Assembly (NCBI GenBank): GCA_048013815.1
Contig: CM106586.1
Location: forward strand, 13,578,001-13,642,000
Length of the DNA: 64,000 bases
Reading direction: 5' to 3'
From: Setoptus koraiensis
Taxonomy: Eukaryota > Animalia > Arthropoda
Shown one piece after another: positions 36,238 to 47,685 of the stretch; within the stretch, counting starts at the first letter, position 1; each line of letters begins with the position of its first letter. The position numbers and the translations under genes are program-made. The notes below the pieces were generated by a model. That model did not search any database, was not told the origin of the DNA, and saw only the letters and a program-made list of their open reading frames with translations.

Positions 36238-38355
36238 TTAAGAATATAACCTGATTGTCTTGTCAGCGCCACATGTGAAGATCCAAGGCTGGCTTGGGTG
36301 AAATATACAATCAGTCACAGTCTTCGAATCGTGATGCTCGTGGCCATGAAGCAATTTTACAGGAACTATAAGAGGATTTTGTAACAGATCATCGTAGACC
36401 ATACCATGACTCACGATAACGTGTCCATCCTCTGATCCGGATGCAAACAAGGGGTAACTTCTATGATAACAAACTGATCTTATAGCGCCTTTGTGATATC
36501 TCATAGTCTTATACGGTTTAGTGGAAAGATCTGTATCAAACCAGACCAACCTCGGGTCGAAGCTGCCCAGAAGTAGATTGTCTCCTCCAGGGTGGACGGC
36601 GATGCTTGAGGTACTTTTTAAACCAGTGGTTAGCTTTTTGATCAGTTGTTGCTTCACAAGATCGTAGATTTGCACGGACCTATCGTCGGCAGCGAAAAAT
36701 TGTGGTTTTTTGGGATGAAATGCGACCCTCTGGTAAGTCAGTTTTCCTTTTTTGAAAGGAATTTGACTCTGTTTTTTGATGAGATGATTGATTACAACTG
36801 ATGAACTTCTGGCAGTAGGCATGACTACAGCAAAATAGTCTCCTTTGTTGTGCCAGGTTATTTGTTCTATTTCATGAGCATATTCTACATATAATCTGTA
36901 TCCCTCACGCCACTTTTCATCATCTTGCTTTTCACTTAAAGTGATCCATTCAACAAGTGATTTTGACGTGGAGGCCTTCTGCTTCTCATCGCTTTGTGCA
37001 TTGCTCAATTTGAACATTAAATCCGTCTCTTCGGTTATATTTGAGTCACCAACTTTAGGATTGATCATCCAAACTTTTTTGCCTGTCACTACAGCCAGCA
37101 CTCCCAAAGACACGTTGGGACACCAAGACACAAATTTCACAGTCTCTTCGAACTGGATCGTTCTCCAACATCTTGCGGTAGAAGTTTCCCATATCTTCAC
37201 AGTGCAGTCCTCACTTCCTGAAGCAAAGAATTGGCCTCTTAGTTCAACTGTAATAGAGTTAACAGTATCTCGATGACCCTTGTATACCAAAGCTTGGGCA
37301 GAGGGGAAGGGCTGTAGGTCTTTGGGTCTTGGTAATTGAGGTATCAGTGAGTCAGGGTCTACATCTGCACGCTTCCTGCGTTGCCTGGGGGCCAGGTAGA
37401 GTTCGAGGCATCGTTCGAAGCGCTCACGAACATAATTCTTATAGAATGGTACGGATCTGAGATTGCCAAATCTTTGTGGAAGGAAAAATGAGTCGCGTTC
37501 CTCTTCTGACAGAGACTCCCATTTTTTAACATCGTCAGTTGTCAATAAATATTCAGGTGGCGGATTGTATGACTCTGCATGACCGGGCAAGCTCATTTTT
37601 GGTGCAGCAATGTGGCCACGATGTCTCCTGTCATTGATGTCTCCATCTTTTAGCCAGAGATCGTAGGAGAACTTGAACTGATCTTGCTTTTTGGGCTTAG
37701 GTTTTGTAGGTTTGATTCTACCAGTTTTAATCATTTGCACTAATTTTGTGATGGCCCTTTTCTCGGACAAGGAAGGAATAAACGACGCCTTGGTCTCGGG
37801 TCTGTTTTGCACGGGATGAATGGAGACCTCTCTACTAAAGAAGTCAGTGTATGGTTCGTAGGCATCATATGAGGAATCTGGATATGTAGCATTCCTTATT
37901 CTATTGATAACGTCAATGTCTTCGTCGGAAAGTACCACCTTCCTGCCCGTGAGTTTATCATAGACCGTCCTGAAGTAGTTTGGATCGTCGCACTGTGCAA
38001 GGAAGTCGTCAATGGCGGTGCCAAGACTACCGGGAGGCTTCATGATCTTCTTTCCATCTCTGTCGTAACCCAAATGCTCGTGATCCTTGTACCAGTCTAT
38101 GTCTATGTTTCCTACTGTATTTTCCACATCCTCTTCATCGGATGTATCAGTGGCAAACTCACTCGACGAATAACCGTCTGCTTGATCTGAATCCTCGAGG
38201 GAATTACTGTCTTCTTCTTCGGATTCCCACTCTTCGTCGTCCGATTGTGTGTCGCCATTGGTTTCGGAGGAATTATTGGTAGTTTTGGCTAGCTCTTTTT
38301 TGCTGACCGCCTCGTTGAGCTTTTTACCGGTCGACGTTTTGGTTATGCCCACCAT
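36238..38355 (-). CDS. BOP1: Ribosome biogenesis protein BOP1 (Erb1), intronless
   Basis: NTVGNI..DWYKD..HLGYDRDGKKI, IAAPKMSLPGHAESYNPPPEY, then a C-terminal WD40 propeller. Confidence 0.97.
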   Translation of the reverse strand: MVGITKTSTGKKLNEAVSKKELAKTTNNSSETNGDTQSDDEEWESEEEDSNSLEDSDQADGYSSSEFATDTSDEEDVENTVGNIDIDWYKDHEHLGYDRDGKKIMKPPGSLGTAIDDFLAQCDDPNYFRTVYDKLTGRKVVLSDEDIDVINRIRNATYPDSSYDAYEPYTDFFSREVSIHPVQNRPETKASFIPSLSEKRAITKLVQMIKTGRIKPTKPKPKKQDQFKFSYDLWLKDGDINDRRHRGHIAAPKMSLPGHAESYNPPPEYLLTTDDVKKWESLSEEERDSFFLPQRFGNLRSVPFYKNYVRERFERCLELYLAPRQRRKRADVDPDSLIPQLPRPKDLQPFPSAQALVYKGHRDTVNSITVELRGQFFASGSEDCTVKIWETSTARCWRTIQFEETVKFVSWCPNVSLGVLAVVTGKKVWMINPKVGDSNITEETDLMFKLSNAQSDEKQKASTSKSLVEWITLSEKQDDEKWREGYRLYVEYAHEIEQITWHNKGDYFAVVMPTARSSSVVINHLIKKQSQIPFKKGKLTYQRVAFHPKKPQFFAADDRSVQIYDLVKQQLIKKLTTGLKSTSSIAVHPGGDNLLLGSFDPRLVWFDTDLSTKPYKTMRYHKGAIRSVCYHRSYPLFASGSEDGHVIVSHGMVYDDLLQNPLIVPVKLLHGHEHHDSKTVTDCIFHPSQPWIFTCGADKTIRLYS

Positions 38356-38699
38356 ATCTAGACGATCCCTTATAAAATAATTGACTAATGTATGATAAAT
38401 ATTTGAATATATGATAATAGTAATAGACTAATAGGATATTGATTTAGAAGAGAAGAAATATTTATTGCATGAACACGTGCCTTTTTTCGAATGAACATGG
38501 AATGATAATTGGGCGGCACGCTGAGTTACTTTTGAGCGGTATATTCAAATACAAAAAAAGTTTTTCGAACTTGAAAGAACATGGTTCTTTTCACAACAGA
38601 AAAACAACAAGCAAACAAATTCTTTTACTTAGTAATAATGAACTTATGTCTTATTTATTCATCAAAAATCTAATCACCATAAGCAAGTAAGTGTATAAT

Positions 38700-39983
38700 T
38701 TAGCGAGAGTCAGTATTTGATTTGTTTGAGGTTGGTGTTGGTGTTGGTGTTAAATTATCATCAGTACAGACAGTTGTTGAGGGCATGGAATCATCATGAC
38801 AGTCAGTTGTGGTTGATTCTGTTTGGCCTGTTAGAATCGAGATGGTGTCACTGGGCGTAATAACGGTTGTGGACGGCTCACTTCTCGATGTATCACAAGA
38901 ATAAATTGACCTGTTATCGTCTCTAAAGATGTCGTTTGTGTCGTGTTGCAAGACCGCATCATTATCAATTTTGTTTGTATCTTCATAAGCGGCCATAACA
39001 CGATGACAGGTGCCTATTGCATTATTGTCACTGCTGCTGCTGATATCGTCTTCGGCATCCGAAGAATCAGAATTTTGTTGCTGTTGTTGTTTGTTTTGAT
39101 AACAACGGGAATATTTGGCTAGATGTTGTGCATCTTGTTCAATGTTCATATGAATAGCAGTGCTATCTTGGCTTGTCAGGGTGTTGTCATATTCGACCCT
39201 GGTGAATTGTCGTTGCTGTGAGCGAGGTGTGGGTGATGCTGGATGCGTTGAGTTAGAATCACTGGTTGTTAGGGCATTTGTAGCGTTGAACGTTGTCCAT
39301 TGAAACCTGTTGAAGCAGGCACCGTCTATGTGATCGTGCTGATTCAACGGTTGACATTTTCTAAAATCGAAATTCCACCTTCGACAATTGTCTCGATGCA
39401 ATCGTTCCATTTGATCATTTAACCATATTCTATTTGATTGGCGATAGCTGCGCCGATGCGCCTCTTCACGTTGAGCCAAGGTGGGCAAGCCACTTGTGTA
39501 TGACGATCTTCGCAATAATAGTGGCCGTGCACTAGTGCTGCTATCGGCAGGATTGTTTCTGTTGTTGCGACGATGGAGATGGTCGTCGTCGTGGTGTTGA
39601 TCGTCGAACAGTCGCCTGGTGACTCGTCTACGTTGAGCTGGCCTCCTCAGATGTTGCAGTTGGCACAGTGGCGATTGTCTGGTTGCGCCGTCGCCAAATT
39701 GATTGCTGCTGCTGTCAACGATATTGTGTAACGGTGTTGTTAAGACGGCTTGAGCTGTTGTTGTTGTTGTTTCTACTGCGAATTGCTGGCGCTCTGTTGA
39801 TGGCGACAAAACAGTTTGTTGCTGTTGTTGCGTGTCGCTCATAGACACCAATGAGGGCGACGGGCTTGTCGGCGGCGACGCTGGCGATGCAGATGACGAG
39901 CTGGTCTGATGGTGCTGACGCTGATGCATAATATTCAAATCGGCAGCGATTAAATTGATAATGATGTGCACCAAGATGGACAT
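38700..39983 (-). CDS. Cip/Kip-family CDK inhibitor (dacapo/p27-like)
   Basis: Cyclin-binding RRLF motif (about 39606-39617) and RRWNFDFRKCQPL...RFQW kinase-binding motif (about 39295-39385). The remainder is disordered S/T/D/Q-rich sequence. Start codon uncertain. Confidence 0.85.
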   Translation of the reverse strand: MSILVHIIINLIAADLNIMHQRQHHQTSSSSASPASPPTSPSPSLVSMSDTQQQQQTVLSPSTERQQFAVETTTTTAQAVLTTPLHNIVDSSSNQFGDGATRQSPLCQLQHLRRPAQRRRVTRRLFDDQHHDDDHLHRRNNRNNPADSSTSARPLLLRRSSYTSGLPTLAQREEAHRRSYRQSNRIWLNDQMERLHRDNCRRWNFDFRKCQPLNQHDHIDGACFNRFQWTTFNATNALTTSDSNSTHPASPTPRSQQRQFTRVEYDNTLTSQDSTAIHMNIEQDAQHLAKYSRCYQNKQQQQQNSDSSDAEDDISSSSDNNAIGTCHRVMAAYEDTNKIDNDAVLQHDTNDIFRDDNRSIYSCDTSRSEPSTTVITPSDTISILTGQTESTTTDCHDDSMPSTTVCTDDNLTPTPTPTSNKSNTDSR

Positions 39984-40149
39984 TTGGCGCTGCTGCTGCT
40001 GCTGCCACTGACTGTGCTGAACAATGCTGAGAATGCTGCTTCAATGAGATAATTGGCGATGATTATATAATTATAATTATATGAAGTGAGTTGCGCAATC
40101 ACGTGTGCGATCTGAAGGAGCCGGCGCCGATCGTCAGCGAATCCATGCG

Positions 40150-40262
40150 ACCAGTCTGGTCACGTTCTGGTTGCACTCTGTTTACGCTCTTGTTGCGCTC
40201 TGGTCACACTCTGGTGTCGCTCTGGTCACACTCTGGTCACACTGGTTTCACTCTGGTTTCAC
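40150..40262. repeat. 11-mer CTCTGGTCACA tandem repeat upstream of the CKI ORF
   Basis: Read directly. Contains TGGTCACACT three times. Confidence 0.85.
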
Positions 40263-41007
40263 CTGAGCCTGGGGCCCGTTGTTGCTTGACGCTATTGCAC
40301 TGTCGCCAACTGTTTGTTTTTTCTTGTGAACTGACGTGTTGCCTCTCGCGTGCCTTTTAACAAACTTATCACAGGCAAACTGAAAGAATAGCCTTCGGCC
40401 TTGTTTACCATTCGCAATTGGCTCGTGTGACGTTACCGCTACCACAATTGGCAAGCTACTATACACACACACACACACACACACGCTGCGCGACAATTGT
40501 AATTGCAACCGTCAAATTGGTTCCTTGTTAGGCCCTGAGTTTGCCCGACTTTGCGGCCGTTGTAATTTGCGTGCTTGCCGGCACATATAGAATATATTGT
40601 GAGCTTGGCTATAGCAACTGGTGGCTAGATTGAGCTCAGTTTGGTTGAGTTTCAGCCACTTAGTCACTCAGTCACACAGGCAAAGTGCGAGCACTACGAG
40701 CGACAAGTGCATCGCGTTGCGCATCGTCGTGCTATAATTATCGAGTAGAGCAAGCAGCAAAAACGACCGTTGCAATAAACAATCATGGCCGATACGCAAA
40801 CTGATGCGCTATTTCCAACTGACGGAACACACACACACACACGCACGCCAACAGGTGCCTTAGCCGACGACTGTGACACACACACAGACGCACACGCCAA
40901 CCACTTGCTGACGCATTCGCGCACAGAGACGCTTTTAGCAAGCTGATGTGTGTGTGTGTGCGTGTGTGTGTGTGTGTGTCTATCAGACGCAGTATGTGCG
41001 CTTGTCA

Positions 41008-41046
<39 letters not shown>

Positions 41047-42381
41047 GTGTGTTGCTGTGCACTTGTTTCGCCAATGGCAAACAAGTGCAGCGATCACTGT
41101 CAGCAAAAAGACGTTGGATTTCGCCATTGGGTGTGCGTGTGTGTGTGTGTGCGCTGCCTTTTGCGCAACATGCTCGCAACAGTGAAAAATAAGCTCGGCA
41201 CAGGCACAGAAGTGTGGTTAGCTCGTGCTTTGCGGGGGCGGAGCCTAGCCTTTTGCTAGTCTAGTGCTGGCAGTGTGACAGTTGAGTCTGTCCAATTGTG
41301 CCGATGCACAGACTCAACTGTCAGACTAAACTGTCAAGTCGGTTGGCTCGCTCCGGTCTGACACAGCAATCTCATTTTTGGAGCGAGCAATTGTTTCGCC
41401 ACTTATACATACTTTTACATACTTAATAATTAATAATCACGAATAACTCAAAAATAATTCACGAATAAGATAATTCTGTGGGCCGTGATTGGCGTGCGGT
41501 TTTGGCTGTGCCGGCCAGCGCTCGAACGCAACACCGACTGTCAATTGTTCACCGTACTCATGACAGTCAACACTCTCTGACCGTCACAGTCTGACGTACT
41601 GACACAGGCCAGTAATTGGAGCTACAGCCACTGACAAGTGCTGGCCCAGTGTTGGCCGTTGCATAATTGTCACTGTTGTTTACCAGTGGCCAGTAGAACT
41701 TATTGTGAGCTCTCGACAAGCAAACAAAATTAAACTTAACGACCTCGGGAATAAATTAAATAAATGTATATTTTTTAAAGAACAATATTTTATTAGCAAT
41801 TAATTGTTGTAATTGTTGTTGTTTCTTACATTCAATACTTAAATAATACTCACACACAGTGCTAGTATTATGACAACTGTGCTGTAACAGGTGCCGCCCG
41901 CTTTCGATGAAGGTTCTATAAAGTTGGGCGCTCATTTATTCATATGAACTGTATATAATTAATAGGAGGAGCATCGATTTAGTTTTATAAATGAATTGAT
42001 GGAACATTGTTGATGTGTGTTAAGTTGTATGCTGCATTTAAAATTAAGAATACGGGGGAGAGACAGAGAGAAAAAACGATGATTAACCAGCGCCAGTGAG
42101 ATGGATGATGGCCAATGATGAACGATAGTGCTTGTGGTTGTGGTTGTGGTAGTGGTTGCATAATAATTGTTACTCGTCGCCTCACTCACAACTACCACTC
42201 GCTTGGACGAGCCACCTCGGACCGGAAGTGGGTAAGTGCGTGTCATTGTACAAAATTTTGTTGCACCTGTGTGATTGACTGATCACCTAGATATAACTGT
42301 TTATAGCGGACGCAACAGTGGCTAGTTATTATGTGAGCTACAGATTATACAGCCGAGGTTGATAACAGAGACAAATAACAA

Positions 42382-42436
<55 letters not shown>

Positions 42437-42855
42437 TAAATAACAATAGATATAGTCTGTGAGTTTAGTATAGTCTAATCTGAGTTAATATCTAATTAAC
42501 CTATAATAGGCAATGGGCGATAGTTATGTAACATAACATGAGTTTGTGTGTGTGTGTGTGTCCTTGTGCGAGGCGCATCGAAATGCAGATTCGGGCAGCT
42601 TGTTGTTGTGGGGTCTTGTTGCTTGATTATTGTTGGTCAAATTAATTAATTAATTGTGGTCTCTGTGTGTGTATGTGTATGCGTGATTATATGGCTGCAT
42701 GTCGAATCATCAAACCACCATCATGTTTCTTTAATTTATCTTTTGATTATCCTATGAGCGATCATCATGGAATAATCATGGTTACATTCATGCTTGATTA
42801 AATGCTGGCATCCAATTGATAGCATCTAGCTAGGCGTCCATTGATTGCTGGCCGA

Positions 42856-43743
42856 TTATCTCTTCCGTTTTCTGTCCACCAGAGCCATTATGCTTCCGTC
42901 GCTGGTCACTGAGGCCGCCGCTGCCTGAACTGCGGCCGCTACCTGTTGTTGGTGGTGTTGCATTTGGGCCTGTTGGACGGCCTGTTGGGCGGCCTGTTGA
43001 AATTGCTGCTGAACAGCCTGCTCATGTAACTGTTGAGCATGCTGTTGTTGTTGCTGCTGTTGCTGTTGGAGGTGCTGCTGTTGTTGTTGTTGCTGTTGTT
43101 GCTGGTGTTGTTGTTGTTGATACTGTTGTACCTGTTGCGCCTGCTGAGCCTGGTGATGGCTATTAAGAACGGCAACCGCATTATTTTGATCAGTCCCTGT
43201 TGCGGCCGCTATTAAATCTTGCGCCGTTGTTGCCGATACCTGAACAGGCGACGGAGCTAATATTGAGGGAAATTCCTCTGAGCCAACGGGCTTAGGTTCG
43301 ACAAAACTAGCCAAATGGTGCGCTATGGAAGGCGATGCCCAAGTGTCCCAATAGTCGGCGGCTATTTGGTTGGCCGAAGTAGATGCTGCCGCCATATATG
43401 TGGCTTGATTATTTGATGGTGCGGCCACTGTCCAGGCATGAGGTTCGCTAGCGGCATGCTTACCATGATGCTCCTCGACGAAAGTGTATTCTTCTTTTTC
43501 CTCTTTTTGCGGAATTTTCACTACCATTGATTTCTTGAACCATTTCTTCCATGGTTTTTCGCCCTTCTTCTTCTTAAAGAACACCTTCAACACCTTTACT
43601 GGCACCTTCTTATAAACGGGCACCTTCTTATACGTGGTGCCCACCTCTTTAACAACAACATACTTTTTACTTTTGGCATCAACGTGTTCATAAAATTCAA
43701 ATAACGCCATTGTAAGCAGTAATAAATTGAATATATTTGTCAT
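42856..43743 (-). CDS. Hypothetical, probably secreted Lys/Val-rich, polyQ-tailed protein (295 aa from Met 43743; ORF is open to 44139)
   Basis: Single ORF with a signal-peptide-like MTNIFNLLLLTMALFEFYEHVDA, then KKVPVYKKVPVKV...KKPWKKWFKK, an Ala/Ser-rich middle, polyQ and C-terminal RKRKR. No family recognised. Confidence 0.65.
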   Translation of the reverse strand: MTNIFNLLLLTMALFEFYEHVDAKSKKYVVVKEVGTTYKKVPVYKKVPVKVLKVFFKKKKGEKPWKKWFKKSMVVKIPQKEEKEEYTFVEEHHGKHAASEPHAWTVAAPSNNQATYMAAASTSANQIAADYWDTWASPSIAHHLASFVEPKPVGSEEFPSILAPSPVQVSATTAQDLIAAATGTDQNNAVAVLNSHHQAQQAQQVQQYQQQQHQQQQQQQQQQHLQQQQQQQQQHAQQLHEQAVQQQFQQAAQQAVQQAQMQHHQQQVAAAVQAAAASVTSDGSIMALVDRKRKR

Positions 43744-46700
43744 GGTGGTTATGTAAGAGTAGGCTGTTGGTGATCTAGAAGACGTGAGCGACGATCGTTT
43801 GTAGTTTTTCTTCGTTGTTGTGATGGGTGCTGACATATCTGACATATTGTTGTTAATTGTTGATGATATCTCTTGTTGTCCGTCTTGTTGCTCGTGTGAC
43901 AATATCATTGTGGCGTTTTGTTGTTGTTGTTGTTGTTGTTGTTTGGTGGTGCTTATGATATCATTAATATTACTATTAGTTGTGCTATTGGCGTGACAAT
44001 ATTCGAGCAAGTCTTGCTCTTCTCTTCGCTCTTTGTGGCTTCGATGTTGTTGTTGCTGCTGCTGGTTTACATTATGATGATGATGGTGGCCATCGTCATG
44101 GTCGCTATAACCATTAAACATTGTGTATAAGATGTGCATCTTGATTATCTGCTTTGCTATTCGTTGATGGCCTTAATGAGAATTCTCTTCGTTGACAAGC
44201 TACTCCAATATATATGTTGCTTATATATTGGATTAGATATTTAATATATAACATATATATATAGAGATATATATATTATATATTAAATAACAGTGTTGAT
44301 AGTGCGATTAAGGTGTCTATGCTTCGTTTTAGTTGTAACAGTGCAGTGCAAATTATACCAACAGCGCCGGCTATCTAATCATGTCTTGATTATTTGCTTA
44401 TTTGGTTGTTGAGCAATCTTAACACTCTGGCAATTTGAATCTGCGAAATATGTGTCTTGTTGTTAGTGATGGCCCTGCAGTAGTAGCAGTAGTGGTAGCG
44501 GTAGTAGTGGTGAAAGTGGATGTCGGAGAAACAGAATTAGGCTGGACATTGCTCTAGTCCAACGAGCAACAGACTGATTAGTTTTTAATGGGGATATTTG
44601 CTTTTATATCGACCAGTATAAAATTTGTTTTGTGCACTATTGTGCTGTTGCGCAACTAACTAGGTGGAGATTGAAATCACCTCATTACAATTACAAGCGC
44701 CACCCCTATTTGACAGCACCCAATACTTATCCAACGGTAACCTATCCTACAAATGCCTACTGCACACTATTGGCTTCTCGCCACACACAGCTGACCATTC
44801 TTTGGCGAGCTCTTATTGATAATTGAAATGTTTTGTATTATCAATGTATCAATGTATCATTATTATTATTATGTCGTTGTTGTTGTTGCTACTGGTGCTG
44901 CTGTTGTTGTTGTCGCCGTTGTTAGGAGTAGCTCAACGAAACGGTGGTTAGCTGTTGCTGCTTGCCAGCGACGACCCAGTGAACAAGCGGTCTAGTAGCG
45001 GTAAGCCAGACCGCATCCAGGTAGTCAGTGTATATCACTTATCAATAATTGGTAGATCACTATCAACAGGTTATGTAACAACAGTAAGTAGTAGCGGTAA
45101 CAACAACTACTAGTTTCTTCTTCTTATCTTTGATTGTGTTGCTCTTATAGACTCTATAATACAGAGTGCATCGGCTTGTCGTCGGCATCGTTATCGTTGT
45201 GTTTGTTTAGACACATACGCACAATACACATATTATATGCTCACTGTTGCGTAATTGGTCTTCCTTCCAACAAACCCATTCACAACAACAGCCATCAGTA
45301 GTATAACATGCTATTCAGAGATTCTTTCTATCTTAATCGTCGCTCTTTTTTGTCAACCATCATATCATTCAATCATATTGGTGATGCCAATCCGTTCCGA
45401 CAGTGTCTATGCGGCCAGTACACCTGTAAGTTTGTTTGTGAAACAAATAGCATGATAATGTTTGTTTGCTTTGTTGTTATGATCTCCCTTTCACTCTTTT
45501 TCTCTTGTAACAACAAGTTTTGTAACAACACTACTAGTAGTTCGTGTGTGATTCTTTATGTTATTTTCCCTTAACTGCACTACTTGTGTCATCTTGTTGT
45601 ATATGACGGTGCCTAATACTCATTTATTTATCCAAATTGATCGCGGTCATAAGTTCATCACTGTCATCATCATTGATCGACTTGGTCGCAGTTGCAAGTT
45701 TATAAGCATGCATCTTCTCTCCTGATTAGGCCTAATAACGACCTGCCGGTATAATCAATAGATATCACGACCAGCGACGATTTTAGGTCACATAGAAAAT
45801 CTCGTCGTTGCCAGATCTCATATTGACTGTTACGTAACTATAGCAATGCTAATGGTAGGCCAAGGTTTTGTGAATTCCCTTTTTAATGTATCATTACATT
45901 TTATATTTTGTATCACATGTCATTTTGAAATTTCGAAAAAATATAAATGTTCTCGTGAGAGATCTCCAAGTCGATCGTTCATTGACCACACTTGAACCTG
46001 AATTCGACAGCAGTATATCCACAGTTTCTTAATCCCTCTTTGTACTTGGTTATATTGCGAAACTAGAAAATCGCTCTATATTTAACATAGATATTCATTG
46101 TCGACGTTGTCAATTACTGTTCCACCAGTCATTATGCCACTCGAGAGCCACAAAAGACTAGTGAATGGGTAATTAATCTCATACAACAATCATCGTAGTA
46201 TGCGATGAATAATAACTGGCCAGTCTGTAGAGTCCTCGCATCTATCTACAAATTTTAGACCATTCATGAAGTGCACAGCATAGCTCTCAACTGATTTATC
46301 TAACTGAAAAGATCATTTGTGTTTGGACTCGATTAGTCGGTACAGTTGTTACATCACAATTGATCCGTTGTCCTGTGTTCCGTCGGTCAGTAGAGGCTAT
46401 GATGGGCTAGAAATTAGTGCTGACCATTGAAAATATCAACGAAATATGACGCTTGGACACCTCGAATAGACATTGTAGGTAACTGTCTACATAGGACAAG
46501 TAATACCTGGTTTTCAATATCATGACCAATGAGGCCATCAAGCAACTATTGACACCTACAACAACTAAACAATCATAAGCTGCAATTGGCATTTTACCTG
46601 AGCAGTGACATCTAAGCCAGACAATTGACCAGAAATAATAATTGCACTATACCAAGCCGGCTAAGAAAGATCAAGTTTAATGGGATTCATGGAAGCATGA

Positions 46701-47685
46701 AATGAGTTTGAGGCAAGTTGTTTGTTCGAAAACAATTGATAGTCAATTAACTTGTTGTTTTCTGTCTACTGTCTGTATCATAGACACTCGTCGACTACCA
46801 GACGGCAGCAACAAATGTGTTTTTCTTAGTATCTCTAGAAAGGTAGCAACGAAACAAAAGAACATGTAACACACTTCCATTACTTTCCATGTGATCTGTT
46901 CTTTCTCTGATGAAGTTGCTCTTGTTTTACCCCTAATCTTACGTGGTAAGCCGTTCAGCGACACAAGCCAATGAGAGAGAAGAAAGAGAAACTGTGGAGA
47001 TAGAGAGAAAGAAAGTGTTATGTAACATGATCTTTATTCCTTGCATTTATATTTGTTTCCCCCACTGTAAAAATTTCTTACTGTTGCCCTTATTAAACAA
47101 ACAACTCTATCCTTTGTTAACTTATATCAGACACGATTCATGACCGCAACAAATGTGTTCGATGAGCCATATAAACTTGACAGTAGATCCGTGGAATGTG
47201 AAATTTGACAAAAATATTATTGCGTTTGTGATTGTCTGAAAAAGGGCGTGATGTTGTTCGACATCCTAACAATTGATCTTCTCTGAATTTGAATCATAAC
47301 TTGACGCTTGACAAACAACTATCATGTTTTTATTATTGTTGTAGTCTCAACAAAAGAAACAAAAACATACACCAATACCTGTACAATGACACGAGGAAGT
47401 CGATGCCCAGTTGTTTTCATCTATTCAAAAAAGGTTGACAGAGATCAACCATGCTCCTTTAAACTATCAATAGTACCACAATAATAACAAACGGACAATT
47501 GTTATAGATCGAATAGACATCAACAATAAGGTTCATCCCGATACATCTATTCAAATAAGTTTGATTAAATTATAAAGAACGAATTTTGAATAAGCGCCCA
47601 CTGATCAATTGTTAGATATTAGGAAAAAAAATCTATGTAGAAACACAATCGTTATAACATGTACAATATGGCACTTGGGATGATT

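Noticed and set aside
34400-38400. Bacterial contamination or horizontal transfer of the intronless gene island
   Set aside because: BOP1, RpL38, stardust and TMEM177 are eukaryote- or animal-specific, and stardust has a GT-AG intron. Only the origin of OPRT remains open.
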